Counted from the first letter of the stretch, positions 1 through 10,675 are shown. The stretch: DNA of 64,000 nt from Minisyncoccota bacterium (GCA_041674285.1 JBAYVZ010000001.1:165129-229128), one strand, 5' to 3'. Numbers and translations are program-made. The notes: generated by a model not told the origin, from the sequence alone.

Positions 1-50
1 CACAACAAGGAAGCGTAACTGCAAATATCTCAAAGGGGGAATTTGATGCT

Positions 51-308
51 TTGTCTAGTAAGCAAAAAAATGATAATAAATTATTACTTAATATTATGAT
101 TGCAGTTGTAATTTTTGTAGTGATTACTTTTTGGATTGAATTATCTTCAATGCATAGAAATTACGAGCAAGATAAGTCATTAATGTTACAGAACAATGAA
201 CTCAACAAAGACTATTTTGATAAGGTCCTTTTATTAAATAATGAGATTCAGGACATTAAAACTAATTTAGAAGTTTTAAAAGCAAAAAATTCATATTTAA
301 AACAATAA
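51..308 (+). CDS. hypothetical membrane-anchored coiled-coil protein
   Basis: 85-aa ORF, one hydrophobic segment then a heptad-like tail; ends 1 nt before dnaJ. Confidence 0.55.
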   Translation: MSSKQKNDNKLLLNIMIAVVIFVVITFWIELSSMHRNYEQDKSLMLQNNELNKDYFDKVLLLNNEIQDIKTNLEVLKAKNSYLKQ

Positions 309-309
309 T

Positions 310-1407
310 ATGGCAAAAGATTACTACGAAACATTGGGAATAAAAAAAGACGCATCAAAGGATGAGGTCAAAAAAGCCTTTCATAAGATGGCGCATAAAT
401 ATCATCCTGATAAAAACAAGGGTGATGATTCTAAATTCAAAGAGGTGAATGAAGCGTATCAAACTCTATCTCACGATCAAAAGCGTGCTCAATACGACAG
501 ATTTGGATCCGAGGGCCCAGCTGGTTTTGGTGGTGGCCAAGGAGGAGGATTCGGAGGAGGTCAAGGTTTTGGTGGATTTGATTTCTCTGGATTTGCTCAG
601 GGTCAGGGTGGAATGGAATTCGACATGGGTGATCTAGGTGAAATGTTTGGAGACATGTTCGGAGGTGGCCGTAGAGGGGCCCAGAATCGCCGTGGACGCG
701 ATTTATCTACAGAAATAGACATGAGTTTCGAAGAGTCTATTTTTGGTGCTGACAAGGCTGTGAAGCTCTCAAAACAATCTTCTTGTGCTATCTGTAAAGG
801 TACTGGTGCCAAGGTGGGAACAAAGATGGACGAGTGTAAAACATGTAATGGTCAGGGGCAAATCAGAGAGATAAAAAGATCAATTCTCGGCTCATTCCAA
901 AGTGTAAAATCTTGCGACACTTGTACAGGTACAGGAAAAATTCCTCATGAGAAATGTAGTGAATGTAGTGGCAAGGGTGTCTTACACAAGCAAGAGAATA
1001 TCAATGTAGCCATCCCAGCTGGACTGCATAACGGTGAGACTATCAGGATGACCGGATATGGCGAGGCGATGAAGGGTGCGCCATCTGGCGACCTATACAT
1101 CAGACTAAATGTAAAACCACACAAGACATACAGGAGAGACGGGAATAATCTGATGACAGATATCCATATCAAGCTCACAGATGCTATGCTAGGTACTGAA
1201 TACAAATTAGAGACATTGGATGGCAATCTGGATATAAAGATCCCTGCAGGAGTAAATCACGGAGAACTATTACGCGTAAAAGGCAAGGGTGTACCAAATG
1301 GCTCACACAGAGGGGATATAATAATCCGCATTCAGGTAAAGATGCCTAGCAAGCTATCCAAAAAAGCTCACGAGGCAGTAGAAAAATTAAAAGAAGAGGG
1401 GATATAA
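310..1407 (+). CDS. dnaJ: chaperone DnaJ
   Basis: J-domain with HPD, G/F-rich region, four CxxCxGxG zinc motifs. Confidence 0.98.
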   Translation: MAKDYYETLGIKKDASKDEVKKAFHKMAHKYHPDKNKGDDSKFKEVNEAYQTLSHDQKRAQYDRFGSEGPAGFGGGQGGGFGGGQGFGGFDFSGFAQGQGGMEFDMGDLGEMFGDMFGGGRRGAQNRRGRDLSTEIDMSFEESIFGADKAVKLSKQSSCAICKGTGAKVGTKMDECKTCNGQGQIREIKRSILGSFQSVKSCDTCTGTGKIPHEKCSECSGKGVLHKQENINVAIPAGLHNGETIRMTGYGEAMKGAPSGDLYIRLNVKPHKTYRRDGNNLMTDIHIKLTDAMLGTEYKLETLDGNLDIKIPAGVNHGELLRVKGKGVPNGSHRGDIIIRIQVKMPSKLSKKAHEAVEKLKEEGI

Positions 1408-1422
1408 GAATATTTTTATATA

Positions 1423-1454
1423 AAAAAACAGCTCATATCAGTGAGCTGTTTTTT
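1423..1454. terminator. intrinsic terminator hairpin
   Basis: AAAAAACAGCTCA/TGAGCTGTTTTTT after dnaJ. Confidence 0.75.
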
Positions 1455-1500
1455 GACTTAATCTATTATATATGTTAAAAATTAAGAAAATCCAATACAT

Positions 1501-2184
1501 ATGAAAAAAGATATTAAAATCGCAAACTATTCAGATCTAAAACCTATTAAGGTTATAGAGTCTGCCGAGAAAATGGTAAACATCTCACAGTTACTAAAGG
1601 ATTGTATTTGTGTGTACTTACCACAGTCAAACGACATGATTAATTATGTCGGGAATGATTTGTGGCTGAGAGAGAGCGTGGCTTTAAAAATTGAAAGAAT
1701 TTCTATTCAATTAAGATTAAAATATCCAACGTACAGACTAAAGATTGTATACGGATATCGTCATCTAGAAATTCAAACTAAACGTTTTTATTTAAGGAGA
1801 GACAAATTAAAAGAATCAAATCCTGAAATGAACGAAGAAGATTTACTAGAGCTCGCAAATACAATGGTAGCAAATCCGGAAACAGCAGGCCATCCTACGG
1901 GTGGAGCTGTAGACTTAACTATTACTACGCCCGATGGAGACTTAGATATGGGTACAGAGTATGCTGATTTTTCAATGCCAGAAGAAATAAAAATGTATTG
2001 CCCTCATTTAACTGAAACACAGAAAAGCAACAGGAAATTACTTTGCGATCTTATGATCACAGAAGAATTTGCACCTTTTTATGGTGAGTGGTGGCATTAT
2101 TCTTATGGTGACAGAGAATGGGCCTGGTTTTACAACAAACCAAATGCCATTTACAGTCAAATCGAATTTAGAAATATTTTCTAA
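1501..2184 (+). CDS. D-Ala-D-Ala dipeptidase (VanX/DdpX, peptidase M15D family)
   Basis: YGYR, GHPTGGAVD and EWWHY zinc motifs. Confidence 0.88.
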   Translation: MKKDIKIANYSDLKPIKVIESAEKMVNISQLLKDCICVYLPQSNDMINYVGNDLWLRESVALKIERISIQLRLKYPTYRLKIVYGYRHLEIQTKRFYLRRDKLKESNPEMNEEDLLELANTMVANPETAGHPTGGAVDLTITTPDGDLDMGTEYADFSMPEEIKMYCPHLTETQKSNRKLLCDLMITEEFAPFYGEWWHYSYGDREWAWFYNKPNAIYSQIEFRNIF

Positions 2185-2218
2185 AAAAAGCCCCAATCAT
2201 AAAGATTGGGGCTTTTTT
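2185..2218. terminator. intrinsic terminator hairpin
   Basis: AAAAAGCCCCAATC/GATTGGGGCTTTTT. Confidence 0.75.
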
Positions 2219-2289
2219 AATAATATCCAACTATTTACATTTGTAAATATTTTGATACTATTCTAAAATAGATTGCACACATTAAATAT

Positions 2290-2997
2290 ATGATAAAAAA
2301 ACCAACAAAAAAAATAGGAATACTAGGAGGCGCAGGACCAGCGGCAACTGCAAACTTTTTCAATGACATAGTCACAATTTCTCAGACTAAATACGGAGCA
2401 GAGCAAGATACCGAATTCCCTGAAGTTATTCTGTATAACATGCCAATGGAAGGGTTCAATGAGACTGGTTTTGCTGATCCTGAATCAGTAAAAGGTCAAC
2501 TAATATCAGGTGTTCAGAAGCTTGAGTCTTGGGGTGCTGATTTTATAGCACTACCTTGCAATACTATCCACCACTTCACAAAAGAAATGCGTGATTCTAT
2601 AAAAATTCCAATAATAAGCATTATTGAATCCACAGTAGATAGTGTAAAGAAAAATGAGATAAAGAGTGTAGGAATATTATCATCTAGAAGCACTCGAGAA
2701 TTATCACTATATAAAAATGCACTTGAAAATGAGGGAATTAATGTATTCGAAGCTGACGAAAATGAGCAACAACACCTCGACAACATAGTACTAAAGGTTA
2801 TGTCTGGAACTCAAGGAGAAAAAGAAATGAAAGAAATGAATGCTATGGTAGACAGGATGAGTGAACTAGGAGTCCAGGGTGTTATTTTAGGCTGTACAGA
2901 GCTACCACTAGCAATAAATCAATCTGATTCCGGTACAAAGCTTTTTAATACGATCAAGATCCTGGCTGAATATTCTGTAGACGAAGCATACAAATAG
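2290..2997 (+). CDS. aspartate/glutamate racemase family amino-acid racemase
   Basis: GILGGAGPAAT, PCNT and GCTELP catalytic cysteine motifs. Confidence 0.92.
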   Translation: MIKKPTKKIGILGGAGPAATANFFNDIVTISQTKYGAEQDTEFPEVILYNMPMEGFNETGFADPESVKGQLISGVQKLESWGADFIALPCNTIHHFTKEMRDSIKIPIISIIESTVDSVKKNEIKSVGILSSRSTRELSLYKNALENEGINVFEADENEQQHLDNIVLKVMSGTQGEKEMKEMNAMVDRMSELGVQGVILGCTELPLAINQSDSGTKLFNTIKILAEYSVDEAYK

Positions 2998-3041
2998 AAA
3001 CAAAAAATCCCTGTACTAGAACAGTACAAGGATTTTTATCT

Positions 3042-3662
3042 TTAAGCCGATTGATGTATCGGAATGGATTCATGGTGAACATGACTCTGTGGCGGATAAT
3101 GATCAACCTGATGAAAGCTACCATCTTTTTCAAAAAGGATAATTGAGAAGTTTAAATCTTTTAGATTTAGCTTACCTAAAATCTTAATGAGATGCTCTTG
3201 TTCTGTCCCGTAATACGAAGGTAGTATATTTATAATATTTTTATACCCTAATTCATATTTATAGACAGTTAAAGCTGCATCAAGGAGTACACATAGAGGA
3301 ATTCCGCTACTATTAGTAATAGGAAAACCTGAAATATAATACTTTCCATCTTTTTGGTTTAGGTGAGCTCTTTTCTTTTTTTGTTCTAAATTCAACAATT
3401 TTTCCAAGATCTCCTTTGCTTTGTCTACCATCTTTGATTCAAAAACCAAAATATCAGGATCAAATAATAGTTCGACAACATCCTCACTTTTTTCAAAATG
3501 AGAAACATTGGCCAGAGGGTGGAAATCATCAACAAAGAGCATTGTTTTGTCGGAGGGCTGTCTTACTTTATTTAGTATTTCAACACCAGTAGTAGACCAG
3601 ATCGTTGGTCCATAAGCTGAATAATAATGTCCAGCTTCGATAATACGTATTACTTTATCCAT
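3042..3662 (-). CDS. hypothetical protein (possible HUP/nucleotidyltransferase-like fold)
   Basis: 206-aa ORF; IIEAGHYY and LFVDD loosely resemble class I synthetase-like motifs. Confidence 0.5.
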   Translation of the reverse strand: MDKVIRIIEAGHYYSAYGPTIWSTTGVEILNKVRQPSDKTMLFVDDFHPLANVSHFEKSEDVVELLFDPDILVFESKMVDKAKEILEKLLNLEQKKKRAHLNQKDGKYYISGFPITNSSGIPLCVLLDAALTVYKYELGYKNIINILPSYYGTEQEHLIKILGKLNLKDLNFSIILFEKDGSFHQVDHYPPQSHVHHESIPIHQSA

Positions 3663-3813
3663 AGTTCAAATTGTTTGTTTTTTAGAATTAAACCATATTT
3701 CAAATAAAAAGGAAATACCAATAGGTATATATTTACATTTTGTCAAATTCGTGTATAATTATCAGTATTATTATTTATCTCAGGTTGGTTAAGAGCCCGC
3801 TTGTCATAAAGAG

Positions 3814-5196
3814 ATGAACAAAAATGTATCCGCTTCTAAGAAGCTTTGGAAGCTCGGAATGAAAGAGTTTAATACTCAATATTTTGATTATAGTAAAGAG
3901 GGTGATCTGATTATCAAAGAAGGTCACAATATTTACAACGTACGATACCTTGCAGAAAAATTCGGAACATCACTAGAGATACTGATGCCTTTTGTTGTTG
4001 AAGAGAGATTGGAGGACTTCCTAGACCTAGCAGAGAGTATGTCTAAAAAGGTGGGATACAAAGGTAAATTCTTTTACCACTATCCTATGAAAGTGAATCA
4101 GAACAAAGAGGTAGTTATGTCTATCGTGGGCGAAGGTGCGCACCTAGAGACTTCATCATTTAATGACCTGTATTTGATAAAGAAGATGCTCGAGCAAGAG
4201 ACCTTCAACCCAAACATCCGTATTCTTTGTTCAGGACCTAAAACAGACAAATACATAAATCTTATCGATGATCTACAGCACAAAGGAATCAAGATATTCC
4301 CACTAATCGAGGGCCCAAATGAGCTCAAATTCCTACAGCACTCAAAATATGATGTGGGTATTCGCCTAGATATGCCAGTAAAGGCAGATTCGTACTGGAA
4401 CAAGCCGATTGACCGTTTTGGTTTTTCTGCAAAAGAAATACTAGAGATGGGTAGCTTCAAAAATCTAAAGATTGTTCACTACCACATTGGCTCACAAATT
4501 GAAAAATTGTCTGACGTCCTGGGTCCTATAAAGTATGCATTGGATGTGTACTTTAAACTCAAGGAAAAGAATCCGTCTCTAGATACATTAGATATCGGTG
4601 GAGGTATGCCTATTCCATATACTCGCACAAAGAGTTATCCTATAGACAAGCTAATGGAAAAGGTTTTCGAATTGATCAAGAAAGAATCTGAAAAGCATGA
4701 GATGCCTCAGCCAAACCTAGTATGTGAATGGGGTCGCTATATAGTAGCTCCTGCACAGATCACAGTTTTCAAGATTATCGATACAAAAACAATAAACCAC
4801 AAAAAAGCTGCTGCAAAGAAATGGTATGTGATAGACGGTAGCTTTATGAATGACCTCCTAGACACTTGGGCAATAGGTCAAAAATGGTCTATAGCTCCAG
4901 TCTCAGCCAAGAGAGATCATAAATTAAACGACGTATGGCTAGCAGGATCGTCTTGTGATTCCGATGACATATACACTGGGGTAAATGGCACAGTTTCATT
5001 GCCAGATTATGATTCCAATGAAGGTGGAGACCCTATGTACATAGCAGTATTCGATACTGGTGCATACCAGGATCCTCTAGCGGCGCACCATTGTATGCTA
5101 TCCTCACCAGCAAAGATCATAATAGAGAATGGTCACGTAGTAATAGCTCGTAAGAGAGAAACTCCCGAAGATGTAGGTAAAGACTTTGGTTGGTAG
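3814..5196 (+). CDS. speA: PLP-dependent arginine decarboxylase (Orn/DAP/Arg decarboxylase class II)
   Basis: YPMKVNQ (PLP lysine), HIGSQ, DIGGG, EWGR, CDSD, GAYQD. Confidence 0.8.
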   Translation: MNKNVSASKKLWKLGMKEFNTQYFDYSKEGDLIIKEGHNIYNVRYLAEKFGTSLEILMPFVVEERLEDFLDLAESMSKKVGYKGKFFYHYPMKVNQNKEVVMSIVGEGAHLETSSFNDLYLIKKMLEQETFNPNIRILCSGPKTDKYINLIDDLQHKGIKIFPLIEGPNELKFLQHSKYDVGIRLDMPVKADSYWNKPIDRFGFSAKEILEMGSFKNLKIVHYHIGSQIEKLSDVLGPIKYALDVYFKLKEKNPSLDTLDIGGGMPIPYTRTKSYPIDKLMEKVFELIKKESEKHEMPQPNLVCEWGRYIVAPAQITVFKIIDTKTINHKKAAAKKWYVIDGSFMNDLLDTWAIGQKWSIAPVSAKRDHKLNDVWLAGSSCDSDDIYTGVNGTVSLPDYDSNEGGDPMYIAVFDTGAYQDPLAAHHCMLSSPAKIIIENGHVVIARKRETPEDVGKDFGW

Positions 5197-5200
5197 AGAG

Positions 5201-5244
5201 AAATCCCTCGTTTCAATATCGAAAGATGTTGACGAGGGATTTTT
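5201..5244 (+). terminator. intrinsic terminator hairpin
   Basis: AAATCCCTCGT...ACGAGGGATTTTT just after the speA stop. Confidence 0.7.
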
Positions 5245-5330
5245 GTTGTGTAATATGCTCAATGTTATATAATATATATATATTAGTAGTTAGTTTAATC
5301 TTGGCAGATTATCTGCCAACAAATTTAATT

Positions 5331-6317
5331 ATGCAAAATAAATTTATTAAAAAGTACGCACCATTGTTAATGTTTGGAGTAATATTTTACTCTGGATCAG
5401 TCAATGCTGAAGAAAATTTGACTATTTCCAACACATCAAGTGATGACTCACTAAAAACTTCAGTAGAAGTAGAACACGAAGAAAATGAGGGTATGGATGA
5501 CAAAAATGATGATCGCCTTAGATTCGGAGCAAAAGATGAAGAAAGAAAGCTAAAACTAGACCAGAAGATGGAAGATCGTAAGATAAAGATCGAGGATCGT
5601 AAAATCAAAATGGAAGAAAATAAAGCTGATTTTGAAAAAAGAATAGAAGACAAAAAGATTAAATTCGAAGAAAAAAAGGAAGGGAAGAAGGTAGAGATAG
5701 AAGCAAAGAGGGAAGAGATGTTGAAAAATGTCCTAGAGAAGAGAAAGGAATTTGAATTAAAAAAAGAAGCTTTAAAAACAGAAATGAAATCAAAAGCTGA
5801 CGCAGCAAAAGAAGCTTTAAAAAAGACTCTTGGGATAATGAAAGATGAGAAGAAAAAGGCATCAGTTGAAAATATCGCAAATATCATAGATAATGCAAAC
5901 AAAAATACTGGCACACGATTTACAAATACTGTCAATAGTGTTGAAAATGTATTAGTTTCTATAAAGTCTAGATCAGAGAAAGTTGGAGCTACAGGAGCAG
6001 ATACAACAGCAGTTCTAGCTGAGATATCAAAAGCAGAAGCTCTTATCACAGAAGCCCGAACAGCTATTTCTACTCAGTCAGCAAAAGTTTATACTATAGA
6101 TGTAACAGATTCTACAAAAGTTAAAGAAGCTATGAAGGCTACTCGCGATCTATTCAATGCAGACATAAAAGCTGTTCAAGAAAAGGTAAAGCTAGCTCGT
6201 GATGGCGTCAAAAAAGCAGCCGATGTCCTAAAGAAGACAACACCAAAGCCAGCTCCAGCAGCAACACCAGTCACAACAGAAGCTAATGTAGAAGCTACAG
6301 TAAATACAACAAATTAA
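5331..6317 (+). CDS. secreted coiled-coil protein
   Basis: likely start MQNKF at 5331; signal peptide, K/E-rich helices, P/A/T tail. Confidence 0.7.
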   Translation: MQNKFIKKYAPLLMFGVIFYSGSVNAEENLTISNTSSDDSLKTSVEVEHEENEGMDDKNDDRLRFGAKDEERKLKLDQKMEDRKIKIEDRKIKMEENKADFEKRIEDKKIKFEEKKEGKKVEIEAKREEMLKNVLEKRKEFELKKEALKTEMKSKADAAKEALKKTLGIMKDEKKKASVENIANIIDNANKNTGTRFTNTVNSVENVLVSIKSRSEKVGATGADTTAVLAEISKAEALITEARTAISTQSAKVYTIDVTDSTKVKEAMKATRDLFNADIKAVQEKVKLARDGVKKAADVLKKTTPKPAPAATPVTTEANVEATVNTTN

Positions 6318-6345
6318 TTAAATTATTAAAATAATATAAATAAAT

Positions 6346-6585
6346 ATGGACAAAAATAAATTAACTATTGGCGCTATTGTATTGATAATATTGATTGCCC
6401 TGGGTGCATACTACGCATCTACTAGCCAGGAAAGAGAGATGCAAAAAGAAGAAGTAAACAGTCTAGACCAAGCTACTGAGGCTGATACAACAGAATCTAT
6501 CGATGAATCTCTAAAAAATATAGATATCGAGTCAGGAACAGAAGCAGACATTAATTCAATAGACCAAGAGCTAAAAGTTCTATAA
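6346..6585 (+). CDS. small membrane-anchored acidic protein
   Basis: N-terminal TM, acidic tail. Confidence 0.65.
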   Translation: MDKNKLTIGAIVLIILIALGAYYASTSQEREMQKEEVNSLDQATEADTTESIDESLKNIDIESGTEADINSIDQELKVL

Positions 6586-6629
6586 TGTGTTATATTTAAA
6601 AGGCATCCTTATGGGTGCCTTTTAAATAT

Positions 6630-7880
6630 ATGAGTATGAACAATAATCTAGATTTTGATGTGATAGTTGTCGGTGGTGGCGCCTCAGGAATGATGGCGGC
6701 TATTACAGCTGCACGTGCAGGACGCAAAGTATGTATAATCGAAAAGAATAAGAAGCTTGGGGAGAAATTAAAGATTACGGGTGGTGGTAGATGCAATGTG
6801 ACGAATGCCGAAGAAGACATCCACAAGCTACTATCTATATACGGAGACGCAAAAGACTTTTTATACTCTCCATTTTCTCAATTTAGCAACTTAGATACTT
6901 TTAAATTCTTTGAAGATTTAGGATTGCCTCTAGTCGTCCAGGCGCGCAAGCGTGCTTTTCCTCATACAGAGAAAGCGGTAGATGTATTGAATGTAATGGA
7001 AAAAGAAGTAAAGAAGCTCAACATTCATATGGTTATGGGTAATGCTGTTCGCAATATAATCCACACAGAATCTAGAATAAAAAAAGTAGAGACGGCAAAA
7101 GGTTCATATAGCGCGGAATCTTTTATTATTTCTACCGGAGGATTATCTCACCCAGAGACCGGATCTACTGGTGATGGATTCAATTTCCTTCGGGATCTAG
7201 GTCATAAAGTAAAGAATCCGACACCTACGATAGTACCACTAGCTGTAGCTGACAATTGGGTCAAAGAGCTCGCTGGAGTATCTGTAGACCTCATGAAGAT
7301 TACATTTTATCTTGAAGGTAAAAAATATTTTTCAAAAAAAGGGAAGATACTCTTTACTCATTTTGGGCTCTCTGGACCACTGATATTGAACTCTTCAGCT
7401 CAAGTCCAAGAATTATTATACGATGGCATAGTAACTGCAAAGATAGACCTATACCCAGATCACGACATAGCAATGCTAGACAAAAAAATTCTAAAAATAT
7501 TTGATGAGAATAAAAATAAAAACTTTGGAACTATTTTTAAATTAATAGTACCTGAGGGGATGCATAAATCTCTCCACACATTTTTTACTGATATAGATTT
7601 TGATACAAAGGTGCATAGCATATCCAAGGAAAACCGCAGAAAGATAATAGACATATTAAAGGCGTTACCTATTGAGATAGAGGGCCTGATGGGCTACGAG
7701 CGCGCTGTGGTGGCCGATGGAGGCGTCACTCTGACCGAGATAGATATGAAAACCATGAATTCAAAAATCATAAAAAATCTATATGTGACAGGGGACTTGC
7801 TGGATATAAACAAGCGTTCAGGAGGATTTCCACTCCAGTTATGCTGGACTACAGGATATGTAGCTGGTAAAAATGCATAG
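6630..7880 (+). CDS. HI0933/BaiN/YhiN-family flavoprotein
   Basis: GGGASG, KLKITGGGRCNVTN, TGGLSHPETGSTGDG, LFTHFGLSGP. Confidence 0.93.
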   Translation: MSMNNNLDFDVIVVGGGASGMMAAITAARAGRKVCIIEKNKKLGEKLKITGGGRCNVTNAEEDIHKLLSIYGDAKDFLYSPFSQFSNLDTFKFFEDLGLPLVVQARKRAFPHTEKAVDVLNVMEKEVKKLNIHMVMGNAVRNIIHTESRIKKVETAKGSYSAESFIISTGGLSHPETGSTGDGFNFLRDLGHKVKNPTPTIVPLAVADNWVKELAGVSVDLMKITFYLEGKKYFSKKGKILFTHFGLSGPLILNSSAQVQELLYDGIVTAKIDLYPDHDIAMLDKKILKIFDENKNKNFGTIFKLIVPEGMHKSLHTFFTDIDFDTKVHSISKENRRKIIDILKALPIEIEGLMGYERAVVADGGVTLTEIDMKTMNSKIIKNLYVTGDLLDINKRSGGFPLQLCWTTGYVAGKNA

Positions 7881-7916
7881 AAATAGCCAACAGTACGATA
7901 GTACTGTTGGCTATTT
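7881..7916. terminator. bidirectional terminator hairpin
   Basis: AAATAGCCAACAGTAC/GTACTGTTGGCTATTT between convergent genes. Confidence 0.7.
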
Positions 7917-8366
7917 TAAAACTTGGACAGAATGCAGATTCATATCTGTATCTAGATACATTCTGTAATGAATCTTGATATCATCTTCATCTTTTACAAA
8001 GAAAAAAATATCGTGATTCATGGGTACCTCTATGAGCATATAAGGAGCTCCTGGGTCCTGATAAATGATTAATTTATGTTTCAAATTAACGCTATTCTTG
8101 TGTTTAAACAAGACTATTGCTGTGTTAATCTTGGGAACTTTTGATTTACACAAAAAAGTACGTCCTAGATTTGAGTCGTAATAAAAATCTAAATCATAGA
8201 TCATATCATCTTTTATGTCAGGAGGGGAACTGCGACTCAAATATCTTCGAACAGCAATGGGGGGATACGAGCTATTACTCAATCTGATATAGTAGTCGTT
8301 ATTTTCAGCCTTGTAGACGGGTATACCTATGGATACCAGGTCATTCTTCACAGTGAATGTTTTCAT
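7911..8366 (-). CDS. hypothetical protein
   Basis: ORF, likely start MKTFTVK; no recognised motif. Confidence 0.5.
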   Translation of the reverse strand: MKTFTVKNDLVSIGIPVYKAENNDYYIRLSNSSYPPIAVRRYLSRSSPPDIKDDMIYDLDFYYDSNLGRTFLCKSKVPKINTAIVLFKHKNSVNLKHKLIIYQDPGAPYMLIEVPMNHDIFFFVKDEDDIKIHYRMYLDTDMNLHSVQVLK

Positions 8367-8486
8367 CTTAATATTTGTTTTATTTTTAATATAACCAATA
8401 CACAATAAAAGTCAAAATACTGCGAATCATATATGATATTGACTATGTGTGGTTTTATGTATTATAATACAAAAAAATTTCACATT

Positions 8487-9098
8487 ATGAATACACCCAA
8501 AAACCAAGGTCCGCTACAGGATCTTTTAGGCAAATTGTTTTCTGGATATGTTAAGAGTCCGCTCTCTGGAATCTGCTTTGAATTTACAAAAGATAAAGAT
8601 GATGAATTGAGAGTCTTTACAATGAAAAAACAAATAGACCAGGACAAATTAATATCTTATGAGTCCAACGAGATTGACCCAACATTAGGAAAATTTCACA
8701 TACCCAACAGAGGTATCGTAAAAAAAGAAGATGAAAATACCAGTAGAATTTACCATCCAAATAAATTTTTATTACTAGTAGAACCATCCAAGAAATTCAA
8801 GACAATGCTAGAATCAGTATCAGAGATTGAACACACAGTACTGATAAGCGAACTAGTAAAGCACCACTGGTTGTACCACTCTGAAGTATTTCCTCAAAGA
8901 CAAGAAGGTCCGATTGAGCTCTCTGTGCAATTCAAGTCTCTTAAATTTTCATATGGATACATAGGTGATTATCCATACACTATGAAAAATGAAAAGGACC
9001 AGAAAATTTACCTTAGCATCTATGAGGGGATTGAAGTATTCAAAGAATTAGATCCAGACTATGACAGGATTCCATTAATAGGAAAACAGTCTAAGTAG
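8487..9098 (+). CDS. hypothetical protein
   Basis: ORF, likely start MNTPKNQ downstream of TTGACT/TATAAT. Confidence 0.55.
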   Translation: MNTPKNQGPLQDLLGKLFSGYVKSPLSGICFEFTKDKDDELRVFTMKKQIDQDKLISYESNEIDPTLGKFHIPNRGIVKKEDENTSRIYHPNKFLLLVEPSKKFKTMLESVSEIEHTVLISELVKHHWLYHSEVFPQRQEGPIELSVQFKSLKFSYGYIGDYPYTMKNEKDQKIYLSIYEGIEVFKELDPDYDRIPLIGKQSK

Positions 9099-9249
9099 AA
9101 ATCAGATACTCGACGCGGGTGCAGGATTATATATCTTGCTCCGCGTTGTTTTTTATATTCAATGTCGTAAAAGATATATTGTGCGACACTCACATATAAA
9201 AAACACCTATGAAAAAAGGGCTTTTCAGCCCTTCCCTCAATATATTATT

Positions 9250-10182
9250 TTAAGAATCTAGACCATTAATACATGCATTGAATTTAATTACCTGCATATT
9301 ATAATCTTCGATCTGGGATTTTAATTTCTGGAGCAGTGAATTATAAGAGGACGCTAGGGAATTGTAATCATTAATTTGCTCATTTGTGGTTTTACCCCCA
9401 TACACTCCCCCGCTATCTATATTATTCTTTTGGATATCCAATTCTTTTTGATAATTATCTATTTTTTTCTGATTTAAACTGATCGCAGTATCTAGTACTT
9501 TGTCTATACTAGGACACAGGCTCTTTGGTGTACCAAAATGTTGTACTGCCATCCACACATTGCGACCATTGTATTTACCTTGACCCACGGCTATACCGAT
9601 CTCTGTATATTTAGAATTGAGGATGTTTGCTCTGTGTCCGGGGCTATCCATCCATGCTTTAACTAGATCATAATTATCTTTGAAATTTCCGAGAGCTAGA
9701 TTTTCGCCAATCACTATGTACTCATATCCTACCTGATTACCCAGATCTCCCACTCCTTTACCTCCAGGAGAATTGTGTTCGAAATACTGCTTCTCGAACA
9801 TGTCTTTTACTTTAATCTCAGCAGAAGTATTTAATTTTCTATTTAGAGAAAGTGGGAGTAGATCTGAGGTGTCTTTTCTAAATACATTTGTAGAATTTAA
9901 TATGCCGTCTACGGTCAGAGATTGATTGTTGATTGTTCCGGTGATTAGTGGATCTATGACCCGGAGAGGCTCTGGTTCATTTACAATCTTTTTGATGATG
10001 TCTATCTTTGACTGAGGCTCTGGATTTAGGTCAAATACAGGGCTAGTATCAGATTTTAAATCAGCATTATTCTCATCGATAAAAGAGAGGGTATGCACAT
10101 ACAAGTCTTTTATCTCTACCCTATATGAGTAAAAAAGCATAGAAACCAATACTATTATGATTATATTTGAAAGTGTACGCAT
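9250..10182 (-). CDS. CAP (SCP/YkwD) domain membrane-anchored protein
   Basis: YFEH, GENLA, WMDSPGHRANIL, EIGIAV. Confidence 0.9.
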   Translation of the reverse strand: MRTLSNIIIIVLVSMLFYSYRVEIKDLYVHTLSFIDENNADLKSDTSPVFDLNPEPQSKIDIIKKIVNEPEPLRVIDPLITGTINNQSLTVDGILNSTNVFRKDTSDLLPLSLNRKLNTSAEIKVKDMFEKQYFEHNSPGGKGVGDLGNQVGYEYIVIGENLALGNFKDNYDLVKAWMDSPGHRANILNSKYTEIGIAVGQGKYNGRNVWMAVQHFGTPKSLCPSIDKVLDTAISLNQKKIDNYQKELDIQKNNIDSGGVYGGKTTNEQINDYNSLASSYNSLLQKLKSQIEDYNMQVIKFNACINGLDS

Positions 10183-10367
10183 TTGATTTATATTATAAAT
10201 ATACTATATATTTTAGCATTTTTAGGGATATTTCCCATATAAAACAAGGCCCCATCTACCCCTTGATTTTATCAGAGAATTCAGGTATACTAATACAAGT
10301 TTAATTATAAGGTATTTATCAAAAGTTTTCTAGGCTTTATGGCCCTGAAAACAGATGTTTTAACATT

Positions 10368-10640
10368 ATGGCACATAGGAAAGCTGGCGGTAGCGCTAAA
10401 AACTTAACAGATTCAAATCCAAAGTATCTAGGTACTAAGCTTTATGCTGGTCAAACTGCAAAAGCTGGTTCAATCATCATTCGTCAGCGTGGTACAAAAA
10501 TCTTAGCTGGTACAAATGTTGATACAGGAAAAGATCATACCCTTTTTGCACTCAAAGAAGGTAAAATTAAATTTACAACAAAAAGAAAAATAAACTTTAA
10601 CGGAACTACTTCAGTTAAAAAAGTTGTAAACGTAATATAA
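10368..10640 (+). CDS. rpmA: 50S ribosomal protein L27
   Basis: MAHRKAGGS...IIIRQRGTK...DHTLFA. Confidence 0.97.
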   Translation: MAHRKAGGSAKNLTDSNPKYLGTKLYAGQTAKAGSIIIRQRGTKILAGTNVDTGKDHTLFALKEGKIKFTTKRKINFNGTTSVKKVVNVI

Positions 10641-10641
10641 T

Positions 10642-10670
10642 AAAAAACCTCTCACACGAGAGGTTTTTTT
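10642..10670. terminator. bidirectional terminator hairpin
   Basis: AAAAAACCTCTC/GAGAGGTTTTTT between rpmA and rplI. Confidence 0.75.
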
Positions 10671-10675
10671 AATAT

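Noticed and set aside
5301-5319. Palindrome TTGGCAGAT-T-ATCTGCCAA upstream of the 5331 gene
   Set aside because: Single occurrence; could be an operator or leader hairpin but nothing further supports it.
5387-6049. 220-aa antisense ORF and the many other short antisense or overlapping ORFs in the track
   Set aside because: Opposite-strand shadows of well-supported genes, with F/S/L-rich composition.
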